Part shown: positions 25,936 through 38,279 of the stretch, piece by piece
How the letters are laid out: every line of letters starts with the position of its first letter
Position numbering within the stretch: position 1 is the first letter of the stretch
NCBI GenBank assembly: GCA_009103225.1
Contig: RHPI01000810.1
Span: 1,614,132-1,678,131, forward strand
DNA: 64,000 nucleotides
Source: Chlorokybus atmophyticus
Lineage: Eukaryota > Plantae > Mesostigma and Chlorokybus algae
Direction of reading: 5' to 3'
Program-made: the position numbers and the translations under genes
Notes under the pieces: generated by a model
Database searches by the model: none
What the model saw: the letters and a program-made list of their open reading frames with translations, nothing else
Told to the model about the DNA's origin: nothing

Positions 25936-26447
25936 TGGAAGCGAGATCTTACCCATTGACATGACAGAGGGCGCACAAATCTTGATGATTCATGTACCGG
26001 TAGGCTAACGGCAACATTTGGGAAAACCTGGCTCGCCTAATCGAAAGCGATATTGCTGCGATATCGTCTTGCAGACGCATTGATTGTCGCGCATGATGGT
26101 TGGTGATTGAGCAAGTGGATGGATATCTGTTGTTTGATGGCGTCACGTGATGTAAACTCGTCACATTATGGAATGTACGGTTGCAGTGGCCACGTAAGAA
26201 GATCCGCGATCTTAGACGATGTGCCGTACCTGCGGATGCGATGGGGATATCGAAGCTGCAACCCGCGAAATCCTCGCGGCAGATGCGGACCTATGGTAGG
26301 TCACCCACCCTACACACACCGCCTGCGGCCCGAATTGGGCCCCGATGGTTGCCCCCAAAGCCCTTTTGGGTCCGAAGCGGCTCGTCACATGAATGTTTTT
26401 TCATGAAACTCAAGATTTCGACCACAAATGCCCTATATTTCATGTTG

Positions 26448-26706
26448 TATAGATACATGCTGAAACATACCGGTATGTTGATCACCGTATTGAAACAACG
26501 GTTATCAATATTGCTTAGGATGCTGATGCTGGAAGATTTGCCATAGCCATGTTGGCGTTGACGTTCAATTTCAATACTATAAATGCCTATAAACTTATAC
26601 TTTATAGATACATGCTAAAACATACCGGTATGTTGGTCACCGAATTCATACAACGGTTAACGTTGGTGCAAGATTTGCCATAGCCATATTGGCGTTAACA
26701 TTCGAT
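26448..26706. repeat. Imperfect direct repeat, two copies of about 105-125 bp, in AT-rich intergenic DNA
   Basis: TATAGATACATGCT(G/A)AAACATACCGGTATGTTG(A/G)TCACCG...AAGATTTGCCATAGCCAT(G/A)TTGGCGTT at about 26448 and 26603. Confidence 0.85.
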
Positions 26707-29321
26707 ATAAAAAACATAATTTGTTCAATGAATCACATCAAATAGACCTATTTTAGGCCAATAGTAGTACTTTCTTATAGCCCCGTAGTACTAGCCCATC
26801 ATAAATCAATCTGCTGCAATCTTAATGGTCGTTACAGCAAGTGTGACAGCAACCATATTAAGCAACTTCATCAAAACATTATTAATTTGCGACAATTACA
26901 CTAACTGTTTACATTGCAAGTTATTTGAATTGAGGGTAGCTGTTGAATGGCTGAAAGTCGGCCGTATTTATGGATCGGTAAATCATGCACTATTTGATGT
27001 CGCATGTGTGACAATTTGGATGTGATGACAAATTGTGAACCATCTTATTTCTTATGCTATATCATACATATATTCATAACATGTGCAAGCTGTCACTCTG
27101 TGATTGAAACTCACATGTTTTTAAATCACACAACAATGGTTTCCAAGCATGTAACCTTCTTTGTGAAGGTGTCGTCTCCATTTAAACTTAAGTAGCCGCT
27201 AATGTAGCCATGAGGTAGAGGTTGAAGTTGACATTAGCTCCGCCATTGTTCAATCATACAACGTAGCATCATACCACCACATCATGATGAGTCCTGCCCG
27301 TACTTATCTTGGTAAAAAGGACCAAGTGGAGATTTGGTTTGTCAAATTGTGTGCTTCGCAATTGTTTTCCTGTCGTTGTCTTGATCATGATGTCTGTAAC
27401 AAACCACTAGGCCATAAAAGCACGAAGTGTGTTTTGCGGCCATTGTGGCGTTATTATTTAGTCGTCCGTGACAATGTCTCTGTGAAAGCTGTGGGCGCAA
27501 TACCACACAAGGCATTGATGAGGGCTAGAACAGAGCTGGTCAGTGCCTACGGCACGTGAGCCTTTATTATTGTACTGTGAATTGCCATAGATGGTGATAG
27601 TGGCAAGACAAGAAGTCAAATGGCACACCACAGAAATGGTACTGCGGTAGTGCGATTTGCCAATACTATGACTGTCGCAAGGCAAGTGGTGCCTTAGGGC
27701 AATCCGCAATACATGTAGTGGGGGAGCCTAAGTTTGTGGTTCCGAGTTAGGAATGTTACTGTTATGATAGCCCTTAAACAGGGGCTTAAATAAGAACCAT
27801 AAATCCTTGAACCTCAACATGTAAGCGCCTTTTACTTACATGGCCTAGTAGAAATGCTCAACGTAACAGTTACTGCTAGGGTAACCCGAGGTGGTTTGAC
27901 ACACCACATCGATCGCAAGTTTGTTGGTTTTAATGCAGGAACAAGGTCAGCGCATTGTGCGCGGTGTGCCTGGTTGTGAGCTGTTGAAGGGGCTCTCCCC
28001 CTCATCCCTTATGGGGTGTGTTGTTGTAGGTGTACAGAAAATGCGCGACACGTATGTGTGCAGCGTGTATGGGCGTGGGGCTAGAGCAAAATGGAGAGAC
28101 CGGTGGTCATCCTCACCCTCCTTGCTGCGCTGCTGCAACTTCTCCTGCACCGTGATGCTAGTGAAACTTTCGCTGTAAGTCCTTAGTGCTTGTGGATAAG
28201 TTTGCCAAGCCCCGATCAGCAAGTAGTGATATCATTACAATGACACCACGAGAGTAGCTCAGCTTCACACCAAGGAGGACGCCCATTTCTGAAACACCGT
28301 CCCTCGCCAAATACTTCACACGCACACACGCTCACACAACCACCCTAGAAAGATGGTAAGGAGGCGGGCCCCTTGAACAGCTCTAGCCAGGCACCTCACA
28401 CACAAGTGGCTCTCACGTACTACTAGTACTCCATACCATGATGCCCAGTTTAAGCTTATATACTCGGTTGCTGCCCTCCCAACGTGATTCTACAATGTTC
28501 AAGACCAATAATGCCTTGTCACTGTGTGTTGACCTGTCACATGACATGTGCCTCACATGAGGGCGCTCAAAGTTTACTTCGAAAATATCAACGTAAGCGC
28601 AAGGTACAATTCTAAGGCAAACACGTCCAACACAGGACTTGTCCCATCGCAGGACATGCTTGTTACACTTGTTTGCAAGTCAACACCTGTACATGCACTG
28701 AGTCACAACCACCGACCGTAACACTTACACACCAAACGTTGGTCACTTACGCGCGCACTAGCAAACTACCATATACATATGCCACATTGTATGTACACAT
28801 TACCACACACACATTCGCTTGCAGACACCCCCCCACCCAGTAGTGCACCCAGCAGTAGCACGCAGTACAGTATAGTTATGCCGGTGCCAGGATGCATCAG
28901 CAAGCGGAAAAAAGTCTCGACCTGCTGCACATAATGAGGATTTACACGCTTGCGCAATACACCAAACATTTAGCAGGCAACCCACTACACCACCTTCTCA
29001 CACACTACACAACTTGTGCAACTGTAGCCCACATCCAATCTCCTGAGAGGCTGTACACATCATTATTCACTTCTGGCACCTACCCCTGTCTACAACACCA
29101 TCTGTCATGACTAACCACAACAACAAAACTTGGAACGAGCACGCTCTGACTGTTCACAACCTTCTCTTACAGAAGTGGCAAACACAGACATGCAGGCCTT
29201 AGTGCTGCAGCATAGCGCTCCGTGGCACAATGCGCAAGCATCCAATAGACAGGACGCTTTGCTGCGCGGCGGCAGGTGCTTATACTGGGATGAGATACAT
29301 GTCAAGTCATGAAAGCCGTCA

Positions 29322-32300
29322 TCAAATGTTGCGCGACAGCACAGCTGGCAGCCTCTCCAAGTCCCCGAAAACATACGCGAGCTCCTCCAGCCATGCCTGC
29401 ATGCAAAGACAGTTAATTTAATGCCAGATCCTAACCACGCATTGCTGCTGTGACACACGCATGCATCAGTAAGCAACAACTCATTGCACACACCTCGTGG
29501 CGGAAGTTGACGCGAATGTTGGGCACGTTGGACTTGTGTATGTCGTTGCCCTCGGGTCCGCGCTTGTAGTAGTGCGGCCCGAGCCAGTGCTGCTTGAGCT
29601 CGTGCGGGAAGCCCGACTGCAACACGCTGTTGCGCGCAATCTCGCAGAGGTCGCACGCGCTGAGCTTCCACACCTGAGCCGCGATGCTGTACTCCTCGAC
29701 GAGGGGCTCCTTGGTGAAGTGTATCATGAGGGGGTCATCGGTGGAGAGGGACACGTTGAGTCCGCGCGCGAAGAAGACCGGGAAGGGGTTGCGGTGGTAG
29801 TCCAGGAACAGAGAGTTGTTGGACAGCGGGGACATGGCGAGGCCGATCTGGCCCAGGTAGTACAGGTACTGAAGCACGGGGCTCTTGCGCAGGTTGTTCC
29901 CGTGCGCAATCTCCTGAGTCAGCATGAACGTGGCCGCCAGGTGGTCGATGTCGCCCGCCTCGCCCGAGTGCGGCCGGAAGGCGAACGCGTTGTACCCGCG
30001 GCTCTCGCGGAACTTGTTCAGCGTCGAAAGGTTGGCATAGAAGTAGTACAGGTAGTACGAGTACGCAGGGTTGTACGGGTTGGTCCATTCCAACGGCGTG
30101 GGCATGTGCTTGTGCGGCCGGCGCTCCGGCTTGCTCTCGTCGTCAACCATGTCGATTCCCACAACCTGCCAGTCAGCTTTCCCACATGAGTAACACGCTT
30201 TGCGTGAGAGAATCAGCACCTGGCTCAAAACACAACTTGACTTGCCTGGCGAAGCATCATGTGGAGTTGCGGGTGGGAGTTGGGATCATGCGTGACTTCA
30301 AAGAGAGGCGCAAAGAAGTTGTCCAGCATGCCCTGGAAGTTCTCCATGCTGCCATTCTCTTTGTACACACTGTACAGGCGAGGGAGCTGTATCAGCCACA
30401 CCACGTTGGGTGAATACAACTCGTTGTTGCACACCCACGCCGCCAGCGTGTCCCACTCGGCAGCGCTGCGCCCGTATATCGATATCCTGTATTCTGCCAT
30501 CTGATACTTGCTTGCCTCCAGATCACTGAACACCTCCTTCGTAATGTCCGCCAAGAAGCGCCCTGGTTATGAAGAATGTGTGAAGCGCATGTTGTTACAA
30601 TACCCACACATCAACCATAAAAATGTACAAATTACCTTGAATCAGGTTATCTGTCTTGATGAAGATTTCACGAAGGCGGGACTGCCCGCACGGGTTGTAC
30701 TTGAGGTTGAACTTGTCAAAGCGGTGAAACGTGTTCTTGTCAGCATGCATGTCGAGGGTGTCGATGCTCAGGTCGTAGCTGGTCAGCTTCAGACTCTCAA
30801 AGACCTCTTTGAGCGTGAGATACTTTCCATCGCGAAAGATGACCACTTCATCGGGCTCCTTGCGCAGCTTCGACTTGATAAACCGCAGAAGGTGCTTCTG
30901 GTTCATACATGCAGAGTGGTGGACATGTGTGTCCACCTGGAAGTGGTAAAGCCACGTCAGCCAGATCACACAACTGTTTGTGTGCAACTTGCATGAAGGA
31001 AGCCAAGCAAATGCGTAACAAGAGCCCACCTTGCGGACGTTGTAGAAATCTCTGTGAGGCACAGACTTCTGTGCCAGAAACTCGCGATCCGCGTTGAGCA
31101 TGAGATGGATGTTGAACTTCTGCTCCAGCAGCCTCAAACGGTGATGGCAAAAGGTTTTCAACACCCCCGCAGACACCATCTGCAGGATCCGATGCATGTC
31201 GCGGAAGAAGTCAGTGGCTGTCCCCGGAACTGGGAACAAGTCCGTTCCTGCAAACCCGTCTGTCAGCTGTACTATAACCATCGACTTCACCGGCTGAAGA
31301 GAATGTAGCAATCAACAAGTCTGCTACTGTACAGCACCCAATTGCAATGCATGGGGATGCTGGCTATGCTGTTGATTTCATCGACACTCTCTGTTGATGC
31401 TCACCCCATGGCACTTTGTCAATACAGTACGCACGTGCGTTCCAACCCACCTTGAGTGTCGTAGACGTGCATTACGCCGTCGGTCATGCTGAAGGTGTTG
31501 GGCGATGCGGTCTGTGACTCCCACCGGAAGGGCGCAAAGATGGGTGGCTCGTGGGTGCGCTTCTCCTTGATGGGCAGGAACGCGTCCTTGCGAACCCACG
31601 GCAGCGCGTCACCCTGGAACAGCCACTTCTGCCGCATCTCAAGCATGTCACGCAGCGGCTGGCACACCTCCCCGTCATCCTCCATGGAAGGGTTAACTGC
31701 AGCCAACCAGACATGTGTGCTCATCTCTCGCAACCAGAGTCATACGTGCGTTGGTGAAACACACTCACTTGGTGGGAAGGTTGTTATGCGCACGTACTCC
31801 TCCTCGGGCTGCTGGTGTGCTGCACTGAGGTAAGCGGGCTCTTGGGTGCCATCAGCCGCGCGCGCGACAGCCATGCTGAAGGTGTTCGACCGGTCTGCTG
31901 GCCCGAGAGGAAGTGGCGATGTTGGAATGGTTGACGTTGCCTCCTGTACATCATCATGTGATTGTGTGTTGATGATGCATGCAATGCCACTGCTACGGCA
32001 TGCCAATGTGAAATGACCAACCTCCAGGTAATTGTGCATCGGCGGGCGTACGACATTCTCCACACCATGCGTGCTCTTAGCCCCATCAACAATGCCTTCA
32101 TCAGACTTCACACAGCCAACATAGGTTCAGCGTGCAAATGCCAACACAACACCACCATGCCTATGTCTCGTCCAACAACCCAACACTACTCTTGGGAATC
32201 AACTATTAGCTTGCATGCACTGCTCACTTCTTCATCCGTCTCTGATGAGACTTCCGGTGAGCTGCCCAGATGCTCTTCCTCGGCATCGCTGTAGTCGCCA

Positions 32301-33872
32301 TGCGCAAACACGCCCGCGCGGGGTGACTTTGAGTTGGGTGTCGACGGGCGCAAATTGAGGATGGACCGCGGCCTCACCATGCCCGGAGGCACGCCTGCAA
32401 TGCAAAGGAAGAGAGATGAGTTATGTATTGACGAAATGCTTGTTTGTTGTTGTTGGATGAGTGCAAAACAGCACGTACCATCGGCTAGCAACCGCGCAGC
32501 TTGATCAGCGTCCAACTGCATGCTGTTGGATGAGACTGCGGTTGAGCCCGGCCTCGATCGCGGTGAGCTGGAATATAAGCATACATACACACGGAGGAGT
32601 CAGAAGCGTACACGCACAATCACGCATACATGGCTTTGACTACTGTGCTTGCTTGCCGCTTACTTGGGCCACGTTCGCAGCACGGGAAGCTTTGCTTTCG
32701 CAACGCTGACAGCGTCGAGGCTGCCGGAGATGGGCGCAACATCTGCGGCGTCCACCACCACGCCATGGCCGCTAATGGCTTTCGCGGGAGCGGCGAGCAG
32801 CGCGGACGTGCGGTCCACTTCTGCGGATGAAGCGCGGTGCCTCAGTCCGAGCGTGGAGAGTCTGTCCGCTGCCGCGCCACTCCTAAACTGCTGGAGAGAG
32901 TCCTTCTCCTCGCGGGTGAGGTGGTCGGCGCGCCCGTTGGCGTGAGGAAGATGGGGACGACCTGTCACGTCCACCGCGGCCCCAGCTGAAGCCAATGCGG
33001 ATGATGGTGGTGCTTTTGCATGGGACTGGGGCAACAGCTCCCGCGTGCGCCGCCGCAACGACCGCTGATTGGGGGATCAAACACAAGTTTAAGAAGTGTG
33101 CTGGCTCGTGGGTGAACATATGCTGAGCATGTATGCATGGATGCCGGCGAGAGTAGGCCGCGTGCGCATGTGTATGTCTCTGTGCACATGTGTCTGGGCA
33201 TGCAAGCTGCTTATGCATTGCGTGCATGTCAAACACATGCTTGGAGCCAACCTCAATGATAGCATGCCATATAGATGTCACAGTAGAATTGATTGCATCA
33301 CGATGCGGTGTAGCAGCAGCCATGTTGAACTTCCCCAAATCATGTGTCATTCCAAACTCGAGGTATCAAGGTGGCATTCCGGTGGTGAGATGATGCACAT
33401 GTAGTACAAACAACTATATGCGCTTGCACGTGGCATTTGTTTCATGGTAGTTGATAGAGACCGTGTGCAACAACTGCAACAATGACTGGAGTGGACTGAG
33501 GCCTGACGCGCATGAAACAAATGATCGCACATTCATCCGGTCTAATCAGCAACGCTGCAGTGGCCTCGACAACCAATGCACGAAACCCAGAAAGGCTGGG
33601 TTAGACACCTGACTAGCCCGGACCTGCTTGATATGCTGCTTGTCGCTGCTGGCCTTGCCTCCCTCCTGAGCCTGGGAGCAGGAGGCGGCGGCGGATTCCC
33701 CTCCCTCGCCGCCCTGCTGTTTCTGCTGGAGAGTGAGCAGGACAGCGGCAAGCAGACGCTTGTAGAGCAAAAACGACGTGAGCCCTACGGTGGCCGCTCC
33801 GACGGCAGCGCCCACCGCCGCCGACGCCCACACCGCCGCTCCGTCCCCGCCGCCGCCGCCGCCCAGGTCCAT
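29322..33872 (-). CDS. AMPD: AMP deaminase, plant-type with N-terminal hydrophobic anchor, multi-exon
   Basis: [29 protein letters not shown]; [42 protein letters not shown]; [14 protein letters not shown]; [48 protein letters not shown]. Confidence 0.97.
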
Positions 33873-35586
33873 CAAGCAACACAGCAACAACAAGCACAAC
33901 CGAATACACGCACACGCATATGCTACCTGCGATGCCCGCCACCAAAATCGTTTGTACGCCGCGCCTGGACGGAAACGCGACCTACGTGACGAGTCAGCAG
34001 CATCTCTCTCTCTCTGCACCCGTCCACTATAATCAGGTTTGACTTATGAATGTATACATACGATGTAACGCAGTCATTGTGCCGTATGTATATGCTGTTC
34101 TTTATGAATAACTGCATATACCTGGTGTTATTTGTAACAGACTGTTACGTTGGACCATGTGCTCTTACACAGCCGAACAGATACTATTATTAATTAATAT
34201 TAATACCTGATTACACATTACCAGCAGCGACGCAAATTTCAAACGGTGACTGATCAAGGACTGAGGGACTGTCAGATGCCTGACCCTATCTGACCCTAAC
34301 GAACTTAACGACTTGAGCCATACAGCGACTGATGGATTGCCGGTGCATGTTGTGGATAATAGTAAATTGCCGACCGCCTATCGTACAGTAAAGTGAACTG
34401 TTGCCTATCGGTGATGACCTGACAGCAACATATTCTGACGGCCGACCGCCGGTCATCCAGCTTACGCAACGGCGACCTACCTATTACGTTAATCAGGTGA
34501 ATGTTGAGGCCCCTAATGGCGACAAATGGTACCGGTGAGTCAAAGTTGTGTCGCGGCCGGCAGCCGGCCGTACACAAGCCGTGGTGGCGACGAACGTTAA
34601 TTGGCAAGCAAGTGACAAATCAGTCCCAATTATATCCCTTAAAAGGGACGAGCGATGGCGGCGAGTACAACAATGGTACAAAAATACCATCATAATACGC
34701 AATATGGTACTCATCACGCGAAAGTATACTGGTGCCGTCGTATCATTTTAGTAGTACGATTGAACCATAGAAATCGAAACTAAACTTGAAACCGTTGGGC
34801 ATTTGAAACAAATGCTCAACGGCTTCAAGGATAGTTGTACGGCGGCGGCGGTGGCGATGATGGCAGCGGCGGCGACGGCGACAGCGGCGGACGTAGTAGG
34901 TTCGTTTGCTGGCTGTCTAACGTTGCACTAAATATAACACCGCATTTAGCCTAACCACCCTTCTTGTCTTAGGGCGGCCATGCCAGGCCAGGCTATGCTT
35001 GACCAAGCCAGGCCAGGCCAGGCTAGGCCAAATTAGGCTAGGCGGCAGCGGCGGCGGCGGTACATGGCAAGCGGCAGCACGTGAGTGTACATGTTGTGTA
35101 TGTTGCGTATGATCACTGCGCTTTTGTGATTGCCATGATCGCCATGTGCTTTCCAGCGCCGGCAGCGGAGCAGGAACAGCGGCGGCTGTCATGCCTGTTA
35201 TCCGCGCATACCAGCCTTCATCGAACATGCCTACATTGAAACACACTTGCCCGGTCTACCAGCATACCGACCCGCGCGCGGCACTGACCAGTAGCTAGGT
35301 CATGACTTTTAATTTAGCTTATAACCATAGCCTACATAGGCACCAAGCAAGTAGCTGTTCAGTTGAGAGTTCAGTTATAAGTTGTGTTCTATATTGTGTG
35401 GGGATTTCTGTGGAAATAGCCTCAATATAACTGTTAGCTTATGTTCCTGAACAGTCATGGTTTGAATTGTATAAGTAGTCACCGTGTTCACCGGGTCAGC
35501 GGATGACACTGTGAGTTTGAAAGCTAAGAGCTTATGAAGTGACTTGAACCACGAACACGCCGTCCCGGTTACCAACAAACCCCTCA

Positions 35587-37607
35587 CCGTGTGAGAGCCT
35601 GTGCATGCTCGTGTGCACCGCGCTTGTTATTGCTGTGAGCTTGGTGTGCTTGGTGGCGGTGTGTATTGGCATCAGTTAGGGCATAGCATCCACATGTTGC
35701 TTGCTCATTCACCTTACTTGACAGTGTAACACATTTTCCACTCATGCAAACTGTGTAAACAGCACTACCTATAGTAGTGGCTTGTTGACGCACAATGTCA
35801 CCCTCTGTGCTCAAGTGAGTGTGGTTGCATTCTGTACATCAGAAGTGCAGCTTGTAGTTGTATACATCTCAGTGCATTGATGTCACCGCCATTGAATAGT
35901 GTGCACAATCACTAGTGTGTTAGGTAAAAGCAACATTGGAGATATCGTTGTAGAGTATAAACACTCTACCCTTCATACACCTTCACCATCGCATCAGCTG
36001 TATGAGCAGGCCCACCCCTTTTTCGCCAATAAAAGAAAGGAACCTCAGCAGCTGGAGCCCAACCTCCAACCTTACCTACGAGCGCGCAAGTGAAGGGAGC
36101 TCTTACCGTAGCAGCAGAGGCTCACGCCCCGTCTCCGGCTTCACCTCCTTTCACTCCACTCCTTGTCAGCGAGCATCTCCACCTGCGTCGCACAATGACG
36201 ACGACTAGATGGAGCCTTCCAGCTCCACCAACTCCCTGCGCTTCTCCTGATGCCCTGGCACCACCTCACTTGATGAGTTTATCATCAAGTTCCACCTCAA
36301 GATGCGGCAGCAAGCCCTCAAGAGCAAAGTTTAGACAGATGAGGTCTCGTTTCATGTGTCCGCACAGTACCTTGATCGCGAAGCACACGATGTGTGGAAA
36401 TCCGTTGCTGAGTTGCATAAGATTGACGGCTACGGCGAGCTAACCAATACCACAGCCTCCACATCAGTGCATAGCCCATCAGCTGATGTCCTTATAGCAG
36501 CGGCCCCACCAGCCTTATTCACTGGTCTCACCCTAGCCACAAAAAATGAAGAAGTTAAGGTGGTAGTGGCTTTTTTAACTCCTGCAAAGATCGAGGCCAA
36601 GAAGGCTGATCACCGGATTATGATACTCGACCGCACCGCTGCCATCATCAAGGAGCAACGAGAGGAGAAGCAAGCTGCAGCATTGAACATGGCTACTCCC
36701 CTGCTACCAACATCGGGCTCGCGACTGCAACAGGAGGTAGTGTTTTCACCCTCGGATCGGTGGCATTGCGTGCACCCGCGCTTACGTTGGGCACTGCCAT
36801 GTCGGACTCTCCTTTGAAAAACCTTTACGCCGTATTTCGGCGTACGTTCCCACCTCAACCAACATTAAGGTGGAGGGGTTGAGGCGCTTTCGATGGAAGT
36901 TTAACGAGGACCTCTTCGGCTATATTCGCGGATGGATGGGGTTTGAAGACACCGTCTATAAGATGAGGAGGCGGCAGCAGTGGTGTATGTAGCCTAGTTG
37001 GATCCCAACTTGAGCAAGTTAACGCGCCTGACGCTGAACTACAGCAGGCTCTTGGCTACACCCGCAAGGAAGCTTTCGAAATTGCACAAGCCATCCACAA
37101 GCGCGCGGTGTATGAGAAAGCAGTGCTGGACACCAACTGCAGTGCCTCACGGCCTATGGCAGGCACAAGTGCGGAGACCCCTCGGTGAGACCGCAGCCAT
37201 GAGACTCAAGGAGTCCACAACAAGGATAAACGGTCAGCTCATGCTGACCTTGTTGCTCAAGTGCTGTGCCATCGATGTGGTCGGCATGGCCACTATAAGC
37301 AGGAGTGCACCCAAGATTACGGCAACCTTGTGTGCGACTACTGCCACAAGACGGGACACTCGAAGACAGTATGCTGGCTCAAGTTTCCCGAGCTGCGGCC
37401 CTTTATTGGCTACAACAACAGCAACAGCGCTGGTGGCTACCGCGACAACAACAACAACAACGCTGGTGGCTACAATAACAACAACAATGCTAGTGGCCAC
37501 AACAACGGCAACAACGCTGGTGGCAACCACTCCAATATCCCCAATGCCGGCAACTGCAAAGAGGAGCCGGGATACAGAGGGAACCGCCCTCCATAACGCA
37601 AAGAACC
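35587..37607 (+). mobile_element. Element A: truncated Ty3/gypsy remnant (possible LTR end at about 35590-35800, then degenerate gag with two CCHC knuckles)
   Basis: CHRCGRHGHYKQEC and CDYCHKTGHSKTVC at 37261-37380; gag N-terminus GTTSLDEFIIKFHLKM resembles element B gag; internal stops and frameshifts. Confidence 0.7.
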
Positions 37608-38279
37608 TGTGACGGTGCTCGTGCCTTGTCACCTGTGAGTTGGTCCAATCCACAACCCTCTCACCAAGACACGGTATTCACACCGGAACCTTGCCCCCTC
37701 TGCCAAGCACACACGCGCGCCCCGCCACTCGCGTACGCACGCGCATGCGCTCGAAGCTACACACCGACTTGTGTAGCGCCTTGGATCGTCACACAAGCAT
37801 GCACACACCGGTGGGCACACGCTAGCAACCCCTGCTAACCACCACCAAGCTTGCACACAAGAAACTAGGGAGCTAAAGGTTGTATTGCAAATTGTAGAAT
37901 GTCACTTTTATACCTACCAGTCTGCACATGCTACTGTCTAGCCGATTCTAGCGCTAGACGGAACTAGAAGCTAAGATATCCTTGCAGAATCTTGTAGTAC
38001 ACTTTTGGACCTTTCCAACGCACCAAAGATCTCCTAATTTGCTGCTCATATGGTCAAGTTATACTACTTGGCGCCAGGCCTTTCCAGAAATCTGGTCGAG
38101 CCCTTCTCGACTGGCCCTCCGTTTTCTGGCACCTTCCGGACTGGTCTTGGGGCCCCGGTCGATATCCGCGGCAGACTCATAACTCGCTGATATCCGCCAC
38201 AAGTCATTTAAAACATGTACCTTACAAATAAGGCCTAAAACGGCCATGAAAATCACAGAATTTGGCCTTGACTGTTACA
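37608..38279 (-). repeat. 3' LTR of element C
   Basis: Near-identical to 42452-43123 and adjacent to the PPT. Confidence 0.97.

Noticed and set aside
27900-28420. Faint pol-like words (GLAN..., HL...WLELF)
   Set aside because: Too short, and in the wrong order for RT to RNaseH on that strand
29497-30189. 230-aa plus-strand ORF opposite AMP deaminase (likewise 43379-43954 opposite the integrase)
   Set aside because: Antisense shadow ORFs expected from GC3-rich coding; no independent motifs. Not evidence of a REM1-like antisense ORF
34975-35050. (GGCCA)n-like pentamer tract, and other short repeats, as a CRISPR array or telomere
   Set aside because: No repeat-spacer alternation, no cas genes, eukaryotic context; a degenerate microsatellite
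37626-38256. ORFs inside LTRs, repeated at 42470-43100, 50065-50313 and 55499-55765
   Set aside because: They recur only because the LTR is repeated; no coding signature
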